Shown here in pieces: positions 57,770-64,000 of a stretch of 64,000 bases of DNA. The translations under genes and the position numbers were made by a program. The stretch is from Candidatus Nomurabacteria bacterium. GTDB lineage: Bacteria > Patescibacteriota > Minisyncoccia > Phycocordibacterales > UBA918. Location: assembly GCA_023898525.1 (NCBI GenBank), contig CP060227.1, positions 1,021,932-1,085,931 on the forward strand, written 5' to 3'. Under the pieces are notes generated by a model that saw nothing but the letters and a program-made list of their open reading frames with translations, had not been told where the DNA came from and ran no database searches. The stretch's first letter is position 1. Every line of letters starts with the position of its first letter.

Positions 57770-57818
57770 AACTGTATTGAAAGACGGTCTCACTTTGGGA
57801 CCGTTTTTAATATATGGC

Positions 57819-58514
57819 TTATAATTCCAGACTTTTTAACAAAACCTGCAATTCTTCACCACCTATCTTTCGATACTGATTTGGCTTTAGACTTCCTAGT
57901 TCAATATTCATGATTCTAACTCGCTTCAAGTTTTGGACTTGAAATCCCAAAGCGGCACACATGCGACGGATTTGATGTTTTTTACCTTCGGTAATAGTTA
58001 GTTTAAAACGCTTGTTATTCTTTGGATTTGCTTTTGTTTTAGCAGGCTTAGTTTTGTAGCCTTCTATGTCGACTCCGGTTTCCATGAGTTTAGTAAACAT
58101 TCCAGTTACAGGTTTATCAACCGTTACATCGTACTCTTTTTCATGGTTAGCTTCTGTGTCCAATAGTGGTCCAGTTAGGCGACCGTCGTCCGTTAGAATC
58201 ATTAATCCCTCAGAATTTTTGTCCAGGCGACCAATCGGATTTACTCCGGTTATTCCATAATCTTTTTTGAGTCTGGTGGCTATATCAATCTCATGCTCAG
58301 CTGGTGAGTGGGTAATAACACCGCGACCTTTGTAATAAGCTAAATAGGTATGTTTTTTAGGCTTACCAATGAGCTCGACAGTGTCACCCTTCGCTACTTG
58401 CTGTCCAAGAGTAGCTTTTTTGCCGTTTATCAATACTTTTCCAGACTCAATCAAAGCATCTGCCTCACGTCTGGAGGCAACTTTTTGTTCAGCTAGATAT
58501 TTATTTATCCTCAT
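57819..58514 (-). CDS. pseudouridine synthase (RsuA/RluB family) with N-terminal S4 domain
   Basis: S4 motif MRINKYLAEQKVASRREADALIESGKVLING. Catalytic region GRLDKNSEGLMILTDDG. The ATG at MRINKY was chosen over the upstream track start. Confidence 0.8.
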   Translation of the reverse strand: MRINKYLAEQKVASRREADALIESGKVLINGKKATLGQQVAKGDTVELIGKPKKHTYLAYYKGRGVITHSPAEHEIDIATRLKKDYGITGVNPIGRLDKNSEGLMILTDDGRLTGPLLDTEANHEKEYDVTVDKPVTGMFTKLMETGVDIEGYKTKPAKTKANPKNNKRFKLTITEGKKHQIRRMCAALGFQVQNLKRVRIMNIELGSLKPNQYRKIGGEELQVLLKSLEL

Positions 58515-58639
58515 CGGAAAATTCATGCCTATAGATTGCAATAAAAAAAACAATATTGCAAATTTGAACATGGCACAAAGGAGGTCAGTAATTATTTTGT
58601 CTTTTGTTTGAAACTATGCGACCATAATAAATAGGCTTT

Positions 58640-59218
58640 ATGCAAGACAATCCACCAACTGACATAGAATTGGTAAAAATGACGCTGCAACAGCGTAGTT
58701 CGTTTGGTTTTATTGTGGATCGTTATGAAGCCAAGCTCAAACGTTACATTAACCGGCTTGGTGTAAGGAATCCTGACGATCAGTTGGATGTTTTGCAGGA
58801 AATATTTATAAAGGCCTATAAAAATCTTAATAGTTTTGATACTTCATTATCTTTCTCAGCTTGGATTTATCGTATTGCTCACAATGAGGCAATCAGTTGG
58901 TATCGTAAGCATAAAGTTCGTCCTGAAGGGCATATGATTGCGGATAGTGAGGAGGTGTTGGGTTTAGTGAGTTCGTCTGCGGATGCACCTGACCTAGTCT
59001 TTGATCAAAACATAAATGCGGAAATATTAAATAAAGCCCTGCATAAGATTGACGAAAAATATCGCGAAGTTTTAATTTTGCGGTATTTTGAACACCTAGA
59101 ATACGACCAAATATCAGATGTATTAAAAATCCCCATTGGTTCAGTCGGTACTTTGTTGCATCGTGGTAAAAAACAACTTTATGATGTACTAAATCATGAA
59201 TCTATACGTATTACATAA
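58640..59218 (+). CDS. ECF-type sigma-70 family RNA polymerase sigma factor
   Basis: Region 2 (IFIKAYKNLNSFD...FSAWIYRIAHNEAISWYRK) and region 4 HTH (LEYDQISDVLKIPIGSVGTLLHRGK). Confidence 0.75.
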   Translation: MQDNPPTDIELVKMTLQQRSSFGFIVDRYEAKLKRYINRLGVRNPDDQLDVLQEIFIKAYKNLNSFDTSLSFSAWIYRIAHNEAISWYRKHKVRPEGHMIADSEEVLGLVSSSADAPDLVFDQNINAEILNKALHKIDEKYREVLILRYFEHLEYDQISDVLKIPIGSVGTLLHRGKKQLYDVLNHESIRIT

Positions 59219-59223
59219 AAAAT

Positions 59224-60105
59224 ATGGAAGATAAAACCAAAAATGAATTAAGACAAGTGGTTTTGGATAAAATTACTGAAAATGAAGTCCAGCCAATACC
59301 AAGAATAATGTTCACTGCTCTGGATGTTTTGATGTGGCTTTTGTGGATGCTGACGACACTTTTTGGTGCGTTGGCGGTGGCTGTGGTGATGTTTGTGGTT
59401 CAATCTCGTTGGTACTCATTCTACGAAGCTACTCATGAGGACTTTTTTACCTTCATGATAGAGGTCTTGCCGTATCTATGGATCTTTGTTCTGGTTTTTG
59501 TGATATTTTTATCTATTAAGCATATTAGACACACTAAGAGTGGTTATCGGTACCCAGTGGGGCTTGTGTTGGTTGTAAGCGTAACTTCAAGTCTCTTTGG
59601 AGGTTTAGTCTTACACCTTATGGGGGTTGGTTTTGGTGCAGATCGTTGGTTGGGGTTGGTCATACCGGCTTATGAGTCGCAAGAAAGAATGGAAAGGAAT
59701 CTATGGCAACAACCGCAAAGAGGTCTTTTGGTTGGTCATGTACAAAATAAGGATCTAGATAAACCAGCGATGGCGATATTATTTGAGGATATTGATGGAA
59801 GAAATTGGGATATGGGGGTTTCAGATCTTAATGAGGAAGAGCTTGAATTTCTAGCTGCTGGTAGTAACGTGCGAGTCGTGGGGCAGGTTTTGCGTATATC
59901 TCCACCAAAATTCTATGCCTGTGCTGTTTTTCCGTGGACGTTTGATAATCCAAGAACCATTTCTGAGTTGAGGGAAACAAGAGAGAATATGATATCAAGA
60001 ATGCTCCGTTACCAGGATACCAAAATAACAGATATAGATAACAAGACCAGTTTAAGTGCAGTTTGTGCTCAGATTGCGCCGGTGCATCGCCTGCATTTTC
60101 AATAA
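59224..60105 (+). CDS. 4-TM membrane protein, candidate anti-sigma factor
   Basis: Starts 3 nt after the sigma-factor stop. The anti-sigma role is inferred from position only. Confidence 0.4.
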   Translation: MEDKTKNELRQVVLDKITENEVQPIPRIMFTALDVLMWLLWMLTTLFGALAVAVVMFVVQSRWYSFYEATHEDFFTFMIEVLPYLWIFVLVFVIFLSIKHIRHTKSGYRYPVGLVLVVSVTSSLFGGLVLHLMGVGFGADRWLGLVIPAYESQERMERNLWQQPQRGLLVGHVQNKDLDKPAMAILFEDIDGRNWDMGVSDLNEEELEFLAAGSNVRVVGQVLRISPPKFYACAVFPWTFDNPRTISELRETRENMISRMLRYQDTKITDIDNKTSLSAVCAQIAPVHRLHFQ

Positions 60106-60200
60106 TCTATCTCAAATTAAACTTTTCCCCAACATTTTTTGCTTGTCTTAAGAGTTTCCTAATATAATCAAAAACATATTAGTCTTAATCAGGTTCTTTT

Positions 60201-61307
60201 ATGCATAATCAATCAATATCGTGGTTTTACCTCAGTTTGTCCATAGCTTTGGTACTTTCACTTTCTTTTTTATCAAACTTATTGTTGGTGGAAGCGGCAG
60301 ATGAGGTGTTGTTTTCTCAGGAAACAGAAAGTGTTAGTAACAGCTCTAGCTTTATTTCACCAAGTATCGACGCTAGTGACTATAGTGAGTTGGAATTTAG
60401 TTTTACCTATGATTCAACCAAATTAGACTTCGGTCCACCACAAGACAGCTTCTCTTATGGTTATAGTATTGGTGGACAAGAGTTTGTGCTGGGTACTGTG
60501 CTAGGTTTAGCTGGTAGTAGTACAGACGAGCATGGCATTATAAATACACTCTTACCTCCTGAGGCAGCTGTTCCAAATATGGCCTTATTTATAAAGGTGG
60601 AGGCGAACTCAGGCGCTTCAAGCGACAAAGTTGTGATAACAAACATCTCTCTTCAAGGTACAGCAGCAGCCGCTACAGACATGTGTCCTAATATTGAAGG
60701 TAACCAAGCTGAAGTACCAGCGGGTTATGAGGTTCTGGACGGAGGAGACTGTCAAATGATCGAAATTGTCGATGAATCAGTCGACTTATGTCCTAATTTA
60801 GATGGTTTGCAGGAAGTTGTGCCTGATGGTTATGAGCTAGTGGATAATATCTGTACGATAGACGATCTGGAAGACGATTCTGTTGTAGAACCAGTGTCTG
60901 GAGATGATGACGAAGGGACGCAAGATGATGAAAGTATAGTTGATGAAGGAGAGAAAGACGTTGATGGTAAAAATCAGGAGGATGAAGATGGCCAGATAGG
61001 AGATCAAGAGACAGAGGAATCTGACGGGGTGAGTGGTCCAAGTGAAGAGTCAGAATCAGAAGATAGTTCTTCAGACAGTGACACTGGGTTATGTCCACCA
61101 GGGTATGCTAAATGGGTTGATCGCTTAAATGGCGGAAGTTTTTGGCAAGCCGACGATGTATATCAATCAGTGATATTGGTGGGGCGTGGTCATGCAAATA
61201 GGCGTAATTATGGCGTTAGTCGTCACGTCTATATTCCAGGACCAACCGAGGTTGGTGACCGGTATTACAATCGATTTGCGAGAATATCCCATGTTTGCGT
61301 GAGATAA
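60201..61307 (+). CDS. secreted acidic protein with tandem Cys-bracketed repeats
   Basis: Signal peptide. Repeats CPNIEGNQAEVPAGYEVLDGGDC / CPNLDGLQEVVPDGYELVDNIC / CPPGYAKWVD. Long D/E/S-rich linker. Confidence 0.5.
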   Translation: MHNQSISWFYLSLSIALVLSLSFLSNLLLVEAADEVLFSQETESVSNSSSFISPSIDASDYSELEFSFTYDSTKLDFGPPQDSFSYGYSIGGQEFVLGTVLGLAGSSTDEHGIINTLLPPEAAVPNMALFIKVEANSGASSDKVVITNISLQGTAAAATDMCPNIEGNQAEVPAGYEVLDGGDCQMIEIVDESVDLCPNLDGLQEVVPDGYELVDNICTIDDLEDDSVVEPVSGDDDEGTQDDESIVDEGEKDVDGKNQEDEDGQIGDQETEESDGVSGPSEESESEDSSSDSDTGLCPPGYAKWVDRLNGGSFWQADDVYQSVILVGRGHANRRNYGVSRHVYIPGPTEVGDRYYNRFARISHVCVR

Positions 61308-61420
61308 CTTAATTCTCAATAAGATCTAAATAGATAAAAAACGAGACTTTTTGTCTCGTTTTTTAATACTAAGTAAGAAAAATCATTGTAATACGTCATC
61401 GGTGCTACAATATAAATATT

Positions 61421-62614
61421 ATGAATAAAAAACACATTTTTGGACTGAAAAAGCAAATTGCTTTAGTATTTACACTGTCAATTCTACCTTTTCAGTCAGT
61501 TGCTGCGTCTGGAATAGAAGTTTCTGGCTGGATACCGTGGTGGCAAGATGAGGCGGGAATCCAAAGTGCAACTAAAAATATTAAAAAGCTAGACACAATA
61601 CGCCCCTTTGTTTATGAGATTGATAACAAGGGAGATATCATTGAAAAAACTGACATCCACAGTGATGAGTGGGAGGATTTTTTGAGGATTGCCAAGAGAA
61701 ATAATGTAGAAGTCGTGCCTACAATTTCCTGGTTTGACGGGCAGCAAATCCATGAGACTTTAAGTGACAGGAAGCTAAGGAAGGCCCATATAAACGATAT
61801 TGTGCGTTTGGTAAAATCAGAAGGATATGATGGAATAGAGATTGATTATGAACAAAAAGAGGCTGAAACAATAGATTATTTCTCAACTTTTCTAAAGGAG
61901 CTTAATAGAGCTTTGGGAAACAAAGATCTCAGCTGTGCAATAGAGGCTAGGACTCCACCAGAGGACCGTTTTAGGACGGTCCCCGAGGTACTAGAGTACG
62001 CCAATGACTACAAGGCGATTGGTCGCTACTGTGATCATGTGGAGATTATGGCCTATGACCAGCAGAGGGCTGACTTAACTTTAAATTCAGCCCGGGCCGG
62101 TGTTCCTTATATGCCTGTAGCGGATAAAGATTGGGTTGAAAAAGTCTTAAAATTAGCTCTCAAGGATATTCCGGCAGATAAAATCCAGCTTGGCATTTCC
62201 ACCTATGGTCGTGTTTGGGATGTTTCCGTTGCGCCAAATTGGTATCGAGATTATAGGTTGGTCGCTACTCTCAATGTGCCTAGATTACGAGAACTTTCTA
62301 AGGAATATTCAACTCCAAGAGGTCGGACTAGTAGTGGAGAGATGATATACAGTTACTTTCCGGTGACGTCACCATATGTCGGTCTAACAGTCCTGCCTAT
62401 ACCGTCTGGTACACCTAAGGGTTTTGAAAATGCAGCTAGAGCCCTAATGTTTGCTGATATCACAAAGCAAGAAGTGGTGGTCCGGTTTGCAACTTACTCT
62501 GATGCTGGTGCGGCTAAGGATAAAGTAAAACTAGCTGATAAGTATAAAATAGGAGGTGTTAGCTACTTCAAAATTGATGGTGAAGAAGATCCGAAAATCT
62601 GGCAGCTACACTAA
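61421..62614 (+). CDS. glycoside hydrolase family 18-like (chitinase/YaaH-like), secreted
   Basis: Signal peptide. Catalytic motif [10 protein letters not shown] (DxxDxDxE). Confidence 0.65.
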   Translation: MNKKHIFGLKKQIALVFTLSILPFQSVAASGIEVSGWIPWWQDEAGIQSATKNIKKLDTIRPFVYEIDNKGDIIEKTDIHSDEWEDFLRIAKRNNVEVVPTISWFDGQQIHETLSDRKLRKAHINDIVRLVKSEGYDGIEIDYEQKEAETIDYFSTFLKELNRALGNKDLSCAIEARTPPEDRFRTVPEVLEYANDYKAIGRYCDHVEIMAYDQQRADLTLNSARAGVPYMPVADKDWVEKVLKLALKDIPADKIQLGISTYGRVWDVSVAPNWYRDYRLVATLNVPRLRELSKEYSTPRGRTSSGEMIYSYFPVTSPYVGLTVLPIPSGTPKGFENAARALMFADITKQEVVVRFATYSDAGAAKDKVKLADKYKIGGVSYFKIDGEEDPKIWQLH

Positions 62615-62654
62615 AACAAAACCTGCAAAAATAAGGATATAATATATAAAAGAC

Positions 62655-62690
62655 ATAAAGGACACCATAAAAATGGTGTCCTTTATCAAT
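62655..62690 (+). terminator. rho-independent terminator
   Basis: AAAGGACACCAT-aaaa-ATGGTGTCCTTT perfect 12-bp stem. Confidence 0.5.
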
Positions 62691-63232
62691 GTATAATCGT
62701 TGAGTAGTCGTTATGTTAATACTAGAATTATAATTATTAAGGCGGCTAAAATAAATAAATGTAGCTTCTTGTAAAAGATAACACTACCTACGCCAGAGTC
62801 TGTTACATGAAAATTTGAAATTTAATGGATTATGATTTTAGGACCCTGGATGGAGATTTGATTATTATTATAAAGTTATAGGTCACTCGCATTTATGCAA
62901 ACTAGTGTTAAAGTTTGTTAGCGACAATTGTATTTGATACTACTTCATGACTCTGACTTCTATAATCTTGTATTATGGGAATTTATATAGTTATCTTTAT
63001 TACTTTTGTCTTATTTAGTAGAACTTATCAACAGCACGAATCAGACAGTTTGTCTTAACTTGGCTATAATGTCTATCAGACGATTGAAGTGATGCAAAAT
63101 AATTGGCTGAGACTTTTCAAAAAATTATCTAGCATCTCTCCACAACAGACTTCAATCGGCCAGTTCTATAAATTTTGAGCATCTCAAGATTATAGGACTT
63201 TAAGTTATTTAGTAATTTTAATATAAATAAAT

Positions 63233-64000
63233 ATGTTCGTAATACCAACAAATGTTGGCTTTACGCACCGGGTAGTCGCGATGCTCGTTGCGTGTGCGGT
63301 GGTGCTCTGGTCACTCGGAGCCTACGGAATTGCACAAGCAGCTAACCTTACAGATATTAGTAATACTTTAAGCGACTCGGGTCCAAGTGTGACATCAAGT
63401 CACGATATCAAGTTTAAGCCCGCATCAGGATTGGGAGCAGGTGATACAATCAGTATTATTTTCCCATCTGGCTTTACAGGAGTGGCTTCGACGTTAGTGG
63501 GGGACATCACCGTAACAGTAGATGGTGGCGGTGCCTCGCCAGGCGCGTTCTCAGCAGTAGGTCAGACGATATCGTTTAATAACATCACGGCTACTTCTAC
63601 GCAAGAAGTACGAGTAGTTGTTAACGATGGAATAATCACCAATCCGGCTGGCATTCAGTCCTATGAGTTTCAGGTAACCACACCTCTTGATTCAGGTAGA
63701 ATGAGAGTAGCGATTGTAGATTATGTTACCGTTAGTGCGATTGTAAATACCAGCTTTGACTTTACAGTGTCCGGCCTAGCAACATCTACAGTAATTAATA
63801 ACGCTACCACAACCGGACTTTCTTCAACTACTACAATTCCATTTGGAGTTCTGTCAGCCGATACAGTTTACATGCTTGGACAGGAGCTAAGAGTTTCAAC
63901 CAATGCGATTAATGGCTTTGTAGTAACAGTTCAGCAGGATGGAAACCTACGTTCATCCACCCTAGCTGATATTGATGGGTTTAGTGATGGTACATATGTC
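63233..64000 (+). CDS. large secreted/surface protein, 5' portion (continues beyond window)
   Basis: Signal peptide MFVIPTNVGFTHRVVAMLVACAVVLWSLGAYGIAQA. Thr/Ser/Val-rich beta-type sequence. No stop before the window end. Confidence 0.5.
   Translation, partial: MFVIPTNVGFTHRVVAMLVACAVVLWSLGAYGIAQAANLTDISNTLSDSGPSVTSSHDIKFKPASGLGAGDTISIIFPSGFTGVASTLVGDITVTVDGGGASPGAFSAVGQTISFNNITATSTQEVRVVVNDGIITNPAGIQSYEFQVTTPLDSGRMRVAIVDYVTVSAIVNTSFDFTVSGLATSTVINNATTTGLSSTTTIPFGVLSADTVYMLGQELRVSTNAINGFVVTVQQDGNLRSSTLADIDGFSDGTYV

Overview
This 64-kb window is a bacterial chromosome segment. It uses the standard genetic code: TGA is a stop, for example at the end of the partial atpD. By eye it is AT-rich, gene-dense and rich in small secreted or membrane hypothetical proteins. 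That pattern would fit a reduced-genome, possibly Patescibacteria/CPR-like organism, but this is an inference and low confidence.

Core housekeeping genes are easy to recognise: atpD (3' end) and atpC, radC, a fused msrA-msrB, a P-type cation ATPase, a DsbA-like oxidoreductase, htrA, RNase J, secG, groES-groEL, lemA, htpX, tRNA-Ser(GGA), a short ValRS-like synthetase, typA/bipA, a pseudouridine synthase and an ECF-type sigma factor.

Accessory content includes a GGDEF diguanylate cyclase, two to three glycoside hydrolases (GH1, GH5-like, GH18-like), an IS481-family DDE transposase, and a frameshifted four-helix-bundle gene. The tRNA-Ser locus carries one 5' and two 3' fragment copies of the tRNA, which look like integration scars.

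The most interesting feature is at 44.3-49.9 kb. Three tandem paralogous genes encode TasA/camelysin-like (peptidase M73-type) secreted proteins with SipW-cognate-type signal peptides. They are followed, 1 nt downstream, by an archaeal/ER-type signal peptidase I (SipW-like) that is fused to a long extracytoplasmic Glu-rich extension. The cluster ends in a strong terminator. I read this as a predicted secreted-fibre or adhesin biogenesis operon with an architecture unlike Bacillus tapA-sipW-tasA.

No CRISPR array, rRNA or reverse transcriptase was seen. Self-derived coordinates (RNA genes, hairpins, repeats, promoters) may be off by 1-2 nt. ORF-track coordinates were kept except where an internal ATG start looked more plausible than a listed GTG/TTG start.
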